Below, in pieces: positions 52,548 to 62,584 of a stretch of 64,000 bases of DNA. The translations under genes were made by a program, and so were the position numbers. Each line of letters opens with the position of its first letter. Within the stretch, counting starts at the first letter, position 1. Under the pieces are notes generated by a model. The model saw only the letters and a program-made list of their open reading frames with translations, was not told where the DNA came from and ran no database searches. Source of the stretch: a virus; IMG/VR virus record IMGVR_UViG_3300025030_000004, positions 1 to 64,000 of that record; one strand, given 5' to 3'.

Positions 52548-53094
52548 TGATTCTTGTCCTCATTATAGTCCATATGATTATCATAAAGGAGACCAATGGT
52601 TAATGGATGTATTTGACGTTGATAAAGATGCTCCAAGGACATATGCAATGACTGATATTTTAGAGTTTATTAAAGAATAAGGAAATGAGGTGAACTAAAT
52701 GTTTTGGTTAGGCGCTTTAACTGCGACTGTAATATTAATCGGCATAGTGGTTTATGCTTATAAAACTGTTAAGAAATTTATGGAAAAGTTACAGTAGAAA
52801 AGAGAAATAAATATGAAGAAAATCTATTATTACCTAAGTAAGAAATTTTATGATTGGAATTATGCTTGTAGTTGTGGATGTTGCGATGTTGACGAAGTAA
52901 CTATGGATAAAATTGATTATTTAGTATGCGAATATAAAGAAATATGTATTAATTGTGGTCGAGAGGTTGGATACTGGGCATATGGAAGTTATACCTATCC
53001 TAGAAGTAAAACAGAAGAACTGCAATATAGATGGTTATATTATAAACAAAGATTAAAGAGTAAATTTGGGTTAAATTGATAGTTTCATAGGTTA

Positions 53095-53856
53095 TTGGAA
53101 GGAGGAATTTTTATTAAAACATTTATGATTCAAACTATAGATAAACAAGTTACTCACGACTTTTCATTCCACTTAATTGAAGCAATAAAATATAATAATT
53201 GGTTTCAGAATGAAAAGGTTTATGATTATTTTCTTCAAGATACTTATTATTTACCACTTTATTCTAACAATGAACCGTATAAAAAAGATGTAGAAGGGAT
53301 TATTCCAGTCGGATCTGTAGAATTTGTTTTAGAATATTTAAAGAGATATCATAATATTTCTAATATCAAACCACTTAATATTCCACAAGAACTTTTAAAA
53401 TTTGAATACTTAAAGCGATGGGTTGGCTACAATGATAGCGATACAGTTAAAAATGTTTGGCACTCTACTTTCATTAAAGACAAAGCAAAAATAAAAGGAG
53501 AAATAAGATTCCTAAATAAAAATGAATATTTTCCTAAAGGAGAATGGTTAGTTTCAGAATTTATAGATATTAACTCTGAGTGGAGAACATTTGTTTTTAA
53601 TGATGAATTAATTGGGTTGCAAAATTATTCGGGTGATTTTACTATGTTTCCTGATGTAAAATTAATAAATAAAATGATAAGAGAATACAGGGGGAAGAAT
53701 CCAGCCTATACATTGGATGTCGGAATAAATCAGAATGGAACATTCTTGATTGAAATTCATGATTTTTTCTCTTGTGGATTATATGGATTCGCAGGTTATA
53801 GAGATTTGCCAAGAATGTTTATCTCAACATGGAATAAATTACTTGCCAACAAATAA
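53095..53856 (+). CDS. ATP-grasp (R2K/DUF4343-like) protein
   Basis: PVGSVEF, FIK, SE......EWR.FV, YTLDVG and E..DF.S.GLYG. Confidence 0.8.
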   Translation: MEGGIFIKTFMIQTIDKQVTHDFSFHLIEAIKYNNWFQNEKVYDYFLQDTYYLPLYSNNEPYKKDVEGIIPVGSVEFVLEYLKRYHNISNIKPLNIPQELLKFEYLKRWVGYNDSDTVKNVWHSTFIKDKAKIKGEIRFLNKNEYFPKGEWLVSEFIDINSEWRTFVFNDELIGLQNYSGDFTMFPDVKLINKMIREYRGKNPAYTLDVGINQNGTFLIEIHDFFSCGLYGFAGYRDLPRMFISTWNKLLANK

Positions 53857-55543
53857 TGAATTTATGTTATTAGAAAGGAGAAATAAATTGAGTAAAGATA
53901 AATTACTTCAAAAAGTTAAAGAATCGTTATTATGGAAACATCAAGAATCAAAATATAATCTTGAAAGAGTAGTACCATATTATCTAATTATTAAAAATGC
54001 AAAGAATGAGATACTAGACCAGTTAATAGATGATTGTAATAAATATGATTTTTTGCTTAATTATGAACATGAAAAAGATAATTATTATACATTTGGCACT
54101 ATGACAATCCATATTAAATTCGACAAAACAGCAGACGATGATTTCTTTTGTTATAGAAACGCAAACGACTATCATTATAAAATTGACCTACTTTGGTATG
54201 AGCATGGGAGTACTGATGAATACTTACCAAGAATTATTGTTAAAAAAATAATGGAATCTGTTTTTATAGAATTCAATGATGATAGCACAGAAGAGTTTAA
54301 TAACTGGTATTCAGAACTAAGAGAACTACACAAGAAAGAAAAAAGTGAAAGGTTAAAATCTATTGAGCGACAAATAAAAGAATTAACTAAACAAAAAGAA
54401 GAACTATCTAAAAATAAATAACCATTCCAAAACTTATTTCATGTTAAGAAAGGAGAAAATAATTGAAAACTTTTGATGAAATATTAAAAGAAATGGATTC
54501 ATTAGAAAAGAAATCTACAAAAATATCAGAGAAAAAGTTTGCATTAATAACTGAACTACAGAAAGTATGCCCTCATGAAGATATTGTTGATTATTATGAT
54601 ACAGAGTGGCTTAGAAGTACACATGTTAGATATTGCAAGTTATGCAAAAGTGAAAATGTATAAATACTTTCAAAGATAAATTTCATTCTACTTAAAGAAA
54701 GGAATAATTAGATGAAATACACATACCTCTCAGGCAGAGAAGTTATGCCAGATGGCAATAGATCAACAAAATTAACTTGTTTCGAATGTGGTAAACCTCA
54801 ATCACATTCATATTATACTGAATGTGGTAAACATATCTGTTTCACTTGTAAATGGAAGGATGAAAATGATGATTTAAATGGTAAAAATAAAGAAGATGAT
54901 AGAGATAGTTTAGTAGTAGGTTATCTACAATACTAATAGTCAGAAAATTTATATTGACTCTATCTAATGAACAAGATATAATTAATTTAGTTTATATATA
55001 ATATAGTGGAGTGGTAGAGTCAAATAATTTAAGAAGGTGAAATGGATGGCAGGAAAATCATTATTAAATAAACAATCGTCGGCAAAACCAAGGAAACAAG
55101 ATAAATATTCAGAACTAAATGGCACAAAACAAGAATACAGATTTAAACCAACAGATAAAGCTATTTATGTCGGACTACTAGATGAGTATAGTGGATTGGA
55201 ATGTGAAATTGTCAAAAGATCAAGAAGAAAAATAACTGAATATTACACAATAAAATTTAGTAATGAAGAAATTATAAGTGATATATCTGGGAATTTTCTA
55301 ATGAATCATGAAGAATATGAATTGTTTTTAGAAAACAAAAATAAAGAAAATAATGAAGATAATCTAGATGATATATCTGAATATGAATTAGAACTTATGA
55401 AACTTGGAATAGAATCTCATAAAAATTATGTTCAATGTTTAGTACCAACATTATTCGTTAATTATGCTTGTGATAGATGTAATGAAAAAGTTAGATGTGT
55501 TTATAAAAGGAAATATCAATATGATAAGTTGAAATTGTTTTAG
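53750..55543 (+). other. Hypothetical ORFs (53750-54421, 54463-54663, 54712-54936, 55037-55543)
   Basis: Co-oriented ORFs with RBSs. Confidence 0.6.
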
Positions 55544-55562
55544 ATTAGAAAGGATGAAGTAG

Positions 55563-56177
55563 TTGATACAAAAAACACAAATAAATAAACTTGAAAATGA
55601 TTGGGTAGATGTGAAAAACAAATGTAGGAATACGATTAATAAAGACCACACTGATAATCAACCTAATAGCGAATTCAAAACTAAATTGTTAATTTCAGAG
55701 CATAGTCCTATTAGATTGATTAAAGTAAATTGGCTATGGTCTAAAATTAAATATTGGGTTAGTACACATTATGTAAGACATCATCAAGGTATTGAAAAAT
55801 GGGTGTCAACTCAAAGAAGTGATAGAACAAATGTTGATAGAGATGAAATTGGTCAAGGTGCTCCAGTTAATTTTGAAGCAGAAGCCAATGCTCAATCATT
55901 AATTAATATGGCAAAGGTAAGATTATGTTATCAGGCAAGTAAAGAAACTAGAGAGTTATTTGAGGATTTAAAAGTTACAATTAGCAAGAGTGAACCTGAA
56001 TTAGCAGATGTGTTAGTCCCTTCGTGTATATATAGAGCAGGATGTAGTGAATTTACTGAATGTGGATTTTGGAGTAAGTTTAAGGATAAATATCAAAGGG
56101 CAAATTTATTAGATATTAAAACAAGATATCAATTATATAATGGAGATTTTTATATTAAGAAACTGAAAGTGGAGTGA
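55563..56177 (+). CDS. thyX: FAD-dependent thymidylate synthase
   Basis: SEHSPIR, VSTH.VRH, STQRSDR, N.Q.LIN....RLC..A..ETR and VP.C.YR.GC.E. Confidence 0.9.
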   Translation: MIQKTQINKLENDWVDVKNKCRNTINKDHTDNQPNSEFKTKLLISEHSPIRLIKVNWLWSKIKYWVSTHYVRHHQGIEKWVSTQRSDRTNVDRDEIGQGAPVNFEAEANAQSLINMAKVRLCYQASKETRELFEDLKVTISKSEPELADVLVPSCIYRAGCSEFTECGFWSKFKDKYQRANLLDIKTRYQLYNGDFYIKKLKVE

Positions 56178-56181
56178 TTGG

Positions 56182-56730
56182 ATGAATAAACTAAAAATAA
56201 TTGGATTTTCAGCAAAGGCTAGAAACGGGAAAGATTCTAGCTGTCTAATCTTAAAAAAGAAACTAGAAGAACAGGGTAAAAAAGTATTAATCTTAGCATA
56301 TGCAAACTATGTTAAATACTTAGTATCTACATATTTTGGAGGAACATATGAAAGGACTCCAGAGAATCGTACACTATGGCAAAAGTTTGGCACAGATAAA
56401 GTTAGAACAAGAAATCCTAATTACTGGGTAGATACAATTATTGATTTTGCAAAAGTATTTGGAGAAGATTATGATTATTTTCTCTTATCAGATTGCAGAT
56501 TTAAAAATGAGTATGAACGATGGGGTTATGATTTTGACGTTACAAGTGTTAGGGTTGAAAGATTAAATTTTGAAAATGATTTAACTCCAGAACAAAGACT
56601 ACATCCTTCAGAAACTTCATTAGATAATTATCATTTTGATTATTACATAAAAGCGGAAAATGGATTGGATAAATTAGAAATGGAAATTGACAAGTTTATA
56701 GAATGGATGAAGGAGAGTGAAAATAATTAA
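56182..56730 (+). CDS. Deoxynucleoside monophosphate kinase
   Basis: SAKARNGKD, R.L.Q..GT, W, SDCRF.NE and H.SET.LD. Confidence 0.85.
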   Translation: MNKLKIIGFSAKARNGKDSSCLILKKKLEEQGKKVLILAYANYVKYLVSTYFGGTYERTPENRTLWQKFGTDKVRTRNPNYWVDTIIDFAKVFGEDYDYFLLSDCRFKNEYERWGYDFDVTSVRVERLNFENDLTPEQRLHPSETSLDNYHFDYYIKAENGLDKLEMEIDKFIEWMKESENN

Positions 56731-57298
56731 GACTAAAATCTACCTAGATATGGATAATACCCTGACTAATAGCACGAAGGGCTTCTGTGAAGCCTACAAC
56801 ATTATTTATAGATACCATAAAGGATTTAAATCTGCACAATGGGAACTCGTAAATACATGGAACTTTGAGAATCAATGTCCCAACCTAACATCACACTCAG
56901 ATGTATTAGAAATATTTGAGAGTCCAGTTTTCTTTAAACTACTTAAACTAATCAATAGTAATACATATGAAGTCGTTAGAGAATTAAATAATAAATATCA
57001 AATAATTATCGCCAGCATTGGCACTCCCAAAAATTTATCTCTTAAATCTTTATACTTGAAAGAGACTCTACCATTTATCAAAGATTACATTCTAATCAAT
57101 AATGAAGGTTGTAAAATGGATAAGGCAATTATCCAGATGAACTATCCAGACTCAATATTTATAGACGATGTAACTACTAACTTAGATTCAAGTAATGCAC
57201 AAAATAAATTCATTTTCGGACTAGAATATCCTTGGTCTGAAACTAAGAATTATAGTAGATTATGGAATTGGACAGATGTTGCAAATAAGTTGTTGTAA
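56717..57298 (+). CDS. HAD-family 5'(3')-deoxyribonucleotidase
   Basis: DMDNTL, K, FIDD and Y.W motifs. Confidence 0.8.
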   Translation: MKIIKTKIYLDMDNTLTNSTKGFCEAYNIIYRYHKGFKSAQWELVNTWNFENQCPNLTSHSDVLEIFESPVFFKLLKLINSNTYEVVRELNNKYQIIIASIGTPKNLSLKSLYLKETLPFIKDYILINNEGCKMDKAIIQMNYPDSIFIDDVTTNLDSSNAQNKFIFGLEYPWSETKNYSRLWNWTDVANKLL

Positions 57299-57334
57299 AG
57301 TTAAAAATAATAAATACAAAAGGAGAAAAATAGA

Positions 57335-57817
57335 ATGATTAATTACCATATGTCAATTTGCCGAGATTGTGAAAGAGAGGCTTGTTGTAATTACCCTTGT
57401 CAAGAATATTCAGACCAAAAACGTAATCAATATAAAGCACAGGAAGCAGAAAATATAAGAAAAACAATTGAATGGCTGAATAGGGAAGAACAAAATAAGG
57501 TAAATGAAAGGTTGGGTGAAATGGATATGAATGTGTGTGATTGTGATGATAGTAATGATATTGAAAATTTTTTAGAATATAGCGTTGAGAATGTTGAGTG
57601 GTTGAGATGTATTAATGGTCAAATTCCCTACACAGAACTCATAGATAAAAATGCTCTTTTATCTTATTTGGAAGAGTGTAATGAGAGGCATTGTGATCAG
57701 AATGGTTTGTGTGAAGTTTGCAGGACACCATTAGTTGAGGCTGAAGAATCAAGAGGAGAACATTTTGGAACTAGTTGTGGAGAGGTTATGTGGCATTGTC
57801 CGAATAATTGTGTATAA
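57335..57817 (+). CDS. Cys-rich hypothetical protein
   Basis: Multiple CxxC; RBS AAGGAG. Confidence 0.6.
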   Translation: MINYHMSICRDCEREACCNYPCQEYSDQKRNQYKAQEAENIRKTIEWLNREEQNKVNERLGEMDMNVCDCDDSNDIENFLEYSVENVEWLRCINGQIPYTELIDKNALLSYLEECNERHCDQNGLCEVCRTPLVEAEESRGEHFGTSCGEVMWHCPNNCV

Positions 57818-57932
57818 GAAAGAATAATTAATAAGGTATAAATAATAAAATATCCAAGTCTACTGAGATAAGAGGTGGGCTTGGATAAATAAAATATAAT
57901 AAATAATATAAATCAATGGAAGGAGAAATATA

Positions 57933-58586
57933 TTGATAGAAAGAATTGGGTTAATACCGATAAAAGATTACATAAGAAATCTTGATCTTCGTAATTATGG
58001 TAGAAGCATGATTATTGAATACACTAAAGAAATTTATAATTTAGATCTTACAAACGAACTAAAAATATATGAAAAAGAAAATTGGAATCTTTGGAATGGC
58101 GATTTAAATATTTACGATAACTTTGATAAAGAAAATCCAATTGAAGAACCAGATAATTTATCTAGAAATTATTTTGAAAAACATGCAAAGAAAAAATTTA
58201 TAAAATTCATTAAACAACATGAAGAATTTCAAGAAGATAGAATATTACCTTTCTTTAAGGTGAAGGATATACACCACATATTCCCTTTAATATATGGTGG
58301 AAGTAATAAAATATCCAATCTACTATATGTTAGTAGATTTACGCACGATCTTTTACATATTAATCCATTAGAAAATATAGAAAAATATTGTTATCAGGCT
58401 TGTGATTATTTAGCATACCTTGGATGGTTTGAAGGATTTAAATATTTAAATGAAAAATATGATTTAGGAAAATATGTTGACAGTAAAAAATTATTGCGTC
58501 AAATGTATAAAGGTGCAATCGAAGAAGAAATGAGCAAGTTTTATGAATACATACAGAAAATGGAAGGACTAGGACAAACAGGTTGA
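57933..58586 (+). CDS. HNH endonuclease domain protein
   Basis: IHHIFPL.YGGSN...NL......H..LH. Confidence 0.85.
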   Translation: MIERIGLIPIKDYIRNLDLRNYGRSMIIEYTKEIYNLDLTNELKIYEKENWNLWNGDLNIYDNFDKENPIEEPDNLSRNYFEKHAKKKFIKFIKQHEEFQEDRILPFFKVKDIHHIFPLIYGGSNKISNLLYVSRFTHDLLHINPLENIEKYCYQACDYLAYLGWFEGFKYLNEKYDLGKYVDSKKLLRQMYKGAIEEEMSKFYEYIQKMEGLGQTG

Positions 58587-58628
58587 TAAATAAAATAGAA
58601 AATAAAACACAAAGGGGAGGGAGTATAT

Positions 58629-58766
58629 TTGGGTTGTAATAAAAAAGATGCTTTGATCTTTTATAAAACAATGAAACATAATTCCACAGAAGAAGAAGAC
58701 AATGATTTTTTAAAATCTTTTTGTTTTGAGTGTAATCGAAAAAACCAATGTGAAAAAGTAGCTTGA
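58629..58766 (+). CDS. 45-aa ORF convergent with the integrase; candidate recombination directionality factor
   Basis: RBS GGGGAGG, TTG start, MGCNKKDALIFYKTMKHNSTEEEDNDFLKSFCFECNRKNQCEKVA; function inferred from position only. Confidence 0.4.
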   Translation: MGCNKKDALIFYKTMKHNSTEEEDNDFLKSFCFECNRKNQCEKVA

Positions 58767-58787
58767 AAATAATCAGGCTACTTTTTA
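58753..58787. terminator. Bidirectional intrinsic terminator
   Basis: AAAAAGTAGCTTGA...TCAGGCTACTTTTT between convergent genes. Confidence 0.8.
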
Positions 58788-58793
58788 TTATCA

Positions 58794-58841
58794 TTTGTCC
58801 AATTGTAAAATCGTCTCTAGTCGTGTTACCAAAAGGACAAA
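58794..58841. other. Candidate attP site of the large serine integrase
   Basis: 48-bp imperfect palindrome TTTGTCC...GGACAAA centred on CT (58817-58818), abutting the integrase stop codon. Confidence 0.55.
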
Positions 58842-58843
58842 CA

Positions 58844-60403
58844 CTATTTGTCCTTGATAATATCAAGAAAATACTTATCTAGTCCATTATTCCATTCAAT
58901 ATCTATTCCTTTATCTAAATGTATAGTTATTCTTTTTATGATTTTTCTCAATCCAACGTTATCAATGGTAGCAATATCAAAATCCTTAATAAGTTCTACG
59001 AAAGAATTATACAACTTATATATATTATTAATCTCCTTATTGATGTTTATAATCTTATTTCTAGATAATTCTAATCCTTTTAATTCTTCGTCAACTGATT
59101 TTTTAACCCTATTATATTCCTCCTTAGAAATTTCTCCATCGGCTCTCATCGCAGACAATCCATCTTTACGTTTCTCTAATTTCGTAATTGATTCCTCAAT
59201 TAAAGGAAGTTTCTTTATAAAATCTTTTCCTAAATTTGATTCAATATAAACGTCGTAATATCGTTTCATCACTAAAGGGTTAATATTTTTAACTTTTTCA
59301 ACTTGTTCTTGAATATAATCTAGTATATCTTCTTCCCTAATGTAATGATAGTCGCTACACATGCTTTTATCCCTATGTCTATTACTACATAGATAATAAA
59401 ATAAATCTGGCTTGTCTCTTCTCTGTGCTCTTTTCATAGACGCTTTACAATTTGCACAATAAAAAATATTGGATAGTAAATTCTTGGAACTATATTTCTT
59501 GTTGCTCTTTACTAACAAAGCTCTTGATTCTTTAATCTCATTTGCTCTAATAAAAAGGTCGTCACCAATAATTCTTAAATTTTCAAAATAATGCACTATT
59601 CTATCATCTTCATCAATTGTCTGAATTTTACTTGTAAATATATCTAACATCACAGATTGATAATTGACCTGCTTTCCTGTATAAATTGGATTGCTGATTA
59701 TTTTACCTATCGTTGCTTGTTGCCACATTTTGTTTTTCTTAGATGGGATACCTAATTCATTTAAAGTCAAAGCTATTTTGAATAAAGAATATCCTTGATT
59801 AACATACCAATTAAATATCTTCCGTATAACCTCAGATTCGCCTGTATTGATTTGTAGGAATGCTTTAACCCTATCATAACCGTAGGCTGGTTGACTCGTC
59901 CAGTGACCCTCTTTTTGTGCTTGTCTCATACCTACCTGAATACCTTTAGATAATGCTATTAATTCATTCTGAGCAAGAGAACCTAAAATATTAAGCATAA
60001 CCTCATCGCCATAAGTTTTAGCATAATCTCCGGTGTTTAAATTCTCTTTAAGAAAAAATACTCCTATATCTTTTTTTCTTAATTCTCTGACTGTCTCTTG
60101 GAGCGTTACAATATCACGACTGTAACGAGCTATATTACTCGTCAATATCTGAACAAAAAATCCTTTATTTGAATCAGTCATCATTTTATTAAATTCATCA
60201 CGTTTTTTTGTACTTTTACCACTAATACCCCTATCCGCATAAACCCCATCTTTCCCACATTCTTTGACTAAATAATATCCTAATTCTTCAGCCCTTTCTT
60301 TAAATATTTTTTGTTGGTTATCAAATGAATTCTTTTGATCATCAGAACGGGTTGAGACGCGAGCATAGGCCACCGCAGGTAAAAGAGTTGAATATTTAGA
60401 CAT
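58844..60403 (-). CDS. Large serine recombinase/integrase
   Basis: AYARVST..DQ..S...Q, D.G.SG....R..F, RYSR, YGY recombinase domain, C..C/C..C zinc ribbon and coiled coil. Confidence 0.95.
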   Translation of the reverse strand: MSKYSTLLPAVAYARVSTRSDDQKNSFDNQQKIFKERAEELGYYLVKECGKDGVYADRGISGKSTKKRDEFNKMMTDSNKGFFVQILTSNIARYSRDIVTLQETVRELRKKDIGVFFLKENLNTGDYAKTYGDEVMLNILGSLAQNELIALSKGIQVGMRQAQKEGHWTSQPAYGYDRVKAFLQINTGESEVIRKIFNWYVNQGYSLFKIALTLNELGIPSKKNKMWQQATIGKIISNPIYTGKQVNYQSVMLDIFTSKIQTIDEDDRIVHYFENLRIIGDDLFIRANEIKESRALLVKSNKKYSSKNLLSNIFYCANCKASMKRAQRRDKPDLFYYLCSNRHRDKSMCSDYHYIREEDILDYIQEQVEKVKNINPLVMKRYYDVYIESNLGKDFIKKLPLIEESITKLEKRKDGLSAMRADGEISKEEYNRVKKSVDEELKGLELSRNKIININKEINNIYKLYNSFVELIKDFDIATIDNVGLRKIIKRITIHLDKGIDIEWNNGLDKYFLDIIKDK

Positions 60404-60434
60404 TTAATTTCACCTCATAGTACAAGATGTTACT

Positions 60435-60464
60435 ATTATAGAAGGGTAAAAGGAATTTTGTCAA
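60435..60464 (-). promoter_or_regulatory. SigA promoter of the integrase
   Basis: TTGACA-18-TATAAT on the minus strand. Confidence 0.65.
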
Positions 60465-60498
60465 ATAGTATAGTTTATAATTTATTTGTGGTAGTAAG

Positions 60499-60551
60499 TT
60501 TACAAGGCAATATCACTGTGATATATTGAATGTAATACAATTGTAATACAA
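60499..60551 (+). promoter_or_regulatory. parMR promoter with candidate parC/operator repeats
   Basis: TTTACA-17-TATATT; TGTAATACAA direct repeats at 60531 and 60542. Confidence 0.55.
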
Positions 60552-60572
60552 ATTATAAAGGGAGGAATTCAC

Positions 60573-61469
60573 ATGCTATTTTGGGATTGTGGTAACTCAT
60601 ATGGGAAAGCTCTTGACTCAAAAGGAAGAGAATTATTAACTCTTTCGGTCATCGGTAAAGCACAAGACTCATTTACAGAAAAACAACTATGGCAAATTGA
60701 TGGAAATTATATCGGAGAAGATGCAATAAAACATGGTTATGCACAGGATTACTCATTGGATGAAATCAAAACACAACAATCTACATTCAAAACACTAACA
60801 AAATACATCCTATGCAATTACAAAAATGAAGACAAGGTAGTATTCTTATTTCCATTTGAATCTTATTTTTCAGAAAAGAAACAAATCATTGAAATGTTTA
60901 GTAAAAATATGGATATCATTTATAAGATAGGAAACACTACCTACACTTATAATTTTAACCCCACTTTAATCAAATCATTACCACAAGGATTTTGTGCAGG
61001 AATGGATTATTTTCTAGATGATAATGGAAAACAAAAAGAAGATATTCCAAACGTAACTCTGATTATCGACGTAGGAATGGGGACTGTGAACTATATTTAT
61101 TTACTAAAGGGTGAGGTTATAAGAGAAATGTCTCATACAACTGCTAATGGAATGCATCAGATTTATAAACGAGGACTCCAAGGTAGAAAGATTTATGAAG
61201 TAGATATGTATCATGGGTATGATTCAATAGCACATTTATATCCAGATTTAGCAACACTAATAAAAAGCGATGTAACAACTTACTACAATATCAAACAGAT
61301 TGATAGAATTTTATTTGTTGGTGGAGGAGGGACTGCCATATATTATTTCTTGCCTTGGACAAATAAAGTTTTGCACAAAGGTCAATTCTCTAATGTTAGA
61401 GGTGCAAAAAAGGTGGTGCAGAATCTATCATGGGGGAAATCAGAACATTTAGAGATGATGATGTCTTAA
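60573..61469 (+). CDS. parM: ParM/StbA actin-like partition ATPase
   Basis: D.GNS..K (phosphate 1), PQG, IIDVG.GT (phosphate 2), VGGG (adenosine) and N.RG. Confidence 0.88.
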   Translation: MLFWDCGNSYGKALDSKGRELLTLSVIGKAQDSFTEKQLWQIDGNYIGEDAIKHGYAQDYSLDEIKTQQSTFKTLTKYILCNYKNEDKVVFLFPFESYFSEKKQIIEMFSKNMDIIYKIGNTTYTYNFNPTLIKSLPQGFCAGMDYFLDDNGKQKEDIPNVTLIIDVGMGTVNYIYLLKGEVIREMSHTTANGMHQIYKRGLQGRKIYEVDMYHGYDSIAHLYPDLATLIKSDVTTYYNIKQIDRILFVGGGGTAIYYFLPWTNKVLHKGQFSNVRGAKKVVQNLSWGKSEHLEMMMS

Positions 61470-61666
61470 AACCCTTGCTAGATGCAATTCCTAAGAAGAA
61501 AAGAAGCAAAGTAGTTAGAAGAGCATTGTATGATTACTTTTTTAAAGGGAAAGATAAAGTGATGGTGGAGGACGAGGAATTTTATATAGAAACAGACAAA
61601 GAGATTAAAATAGATATTGGAAAGGCAGAAAAAGTAGAAGTAAATTTTGACATGTTCGATGATTAG
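61430..61666 (+). CDS. ParR-like ribbon-helix-helix adaptor
   Basis: RTFR.D..L...LD.IP...RS..VR.AL..YF plus acidic tail; overlaps the parM 3' end. Confidence 0.7.
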   Translation: MGEIRTFRDDDVLKPLLDAIPKKKRSKVVRRALYDYFFKGKDKVMVEDEEFYIETDKEIKIDIGKAEKVEVNFDMFDD

Positions 61667-61695
61667 TCCTGAGAAATCAGGGCTAATTCTTTATT
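61662..61695 (+). terminator. Intrinsic terminator
   Basis: ATTAGTCCTGA-GAAA-TCAGGGCTAAT followed by a T-rich tract. Confidence 0.75.
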
Positions 61696-61783
61696 TTATT
61701 TACCATTAATTACAAAAAGGAAATAGGTATATTGTACAAACCATACTCAATAAGATTACATATATCAACATCTAGTAAAGGAG

Positions 61784-62029
61784 TTGAACACATTGATTAG
61801 TGACAAACTTAATAGAAGTGAATTAAGTGTTTTTGAAATTATGAAAGAAAAAGAAATCAATAATGAAGAAAGGGCTGTAAAGATTAGAACAATTTCAGAA
61901 TTATGTGGACTAAGCTATTTTAGTGTTAGAAATATTATTAAATCATTTTACGTGGCTAATATAGTCTGCAAATCAAGAAGAGATGGTAATGCTGATACTT
62001 ATTTTTTAGTTGAAAAGAAAGGGGAATAG
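61784..62029 (+). CDS. Winged-helix DNA-binding protein
   Basis: I..ISE..GLSY..VR..I..F.....V.......A..Y. Confidence 0.65.
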   Translation: MNTLISDKLNRSELSVFEIMKEKEINNEERAVKIRTISELCGLSYFSVRNIIKSFYVANIVCKSRRDGNADTYFLVEKKGE

Positions 62030-62031
62030 TT

Positions 62032-62268
62032 ATGAACAAACCTTCAATTGGACTAAAAGAAAAGATTCAATCAGGGAAAAAGATTCATCCTAAACAATGT
62101 CCAAAATGTAAATCAAAAAATATTATTGGTCGTGGATTGGTAATTGGTTACGCTTATATAAATCTTGAAAATATAAATGTCGATGAATTAGGAGACGATT
62201 TTGAAATACTTGATGAGGAAAATTTGAGGTATAGATGTTTTAGTTGTGATCATGACTGGGATGAATAA
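62032..62268 (+). CDS. Zinc-ribbon protein
   Basis: CPKC...CFSC.H.W. Confidence 0.65.
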   Translation: MNKPSIGLKEKIQSGKKIHPKQCPKCKSKNIIGRGLVIGYAYINLENINVDELGDDFEILDEENLRYRCFSCDHDWDE

Positions 62269-62298
62269 ACAAAAAAAATAGACCTCCATTTTGGAAGC

Positions 62299-62385
62299 CT
62301 ATTTGAATAAACTAGCTAATGTTAAAAATCCTGAGTAAATCATTCCACTTCCCAAAGCAACATAAAATCCAGTGACTAATGGCAT
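62299..62385 (-). CDS. 28-aa hydrophobic peptide (not in ORF track)
   Basis: RBS AAGGAG; MPLVTGFYVALGSGMIYSGFLTLASLFK; terminator hairpin at its 3' end. Confidence 0.6.
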   Translation of the reverse strand: MPLVTGFYVALGSGMIYSGFLTLASLFK

Positions 62386-62416
62386 AATCTCATCTCCTTA
62401 AACTCTCTTATGATTG

Positions 62417-62446
62417 TATTATTGCCAACAATCAAAGAAAATATTC
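62417..62446 (-). promoter_or_regulatory. Candidate sigmaF/sigmaG-type promoter
   Basis: GAATA-15-GGCAATAATA on the minus strand. Confidence 0.5.
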
Positions 62447-62584
62447 AAAAGAAATGAGAATGTAAAATTAAATAGACGTATGCTAAATTTGCTAGGCGTA
62501 AAGGGTTACACCTAACAATATGCTGTGAGATATCTAATTTAGAACTGTTTCATCCTATTTACTTAAAATAAGGAGTGGTAATTT

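Noticed and set aside
240-53087. CRISPR array formed by the recurrent palindromes; Cas4 call for the 42063 gene
   Set aside because: The repeats are degenerate and separated by whole genes; the nuclease lacks the Fe-S cysteines and lies in the replication operon
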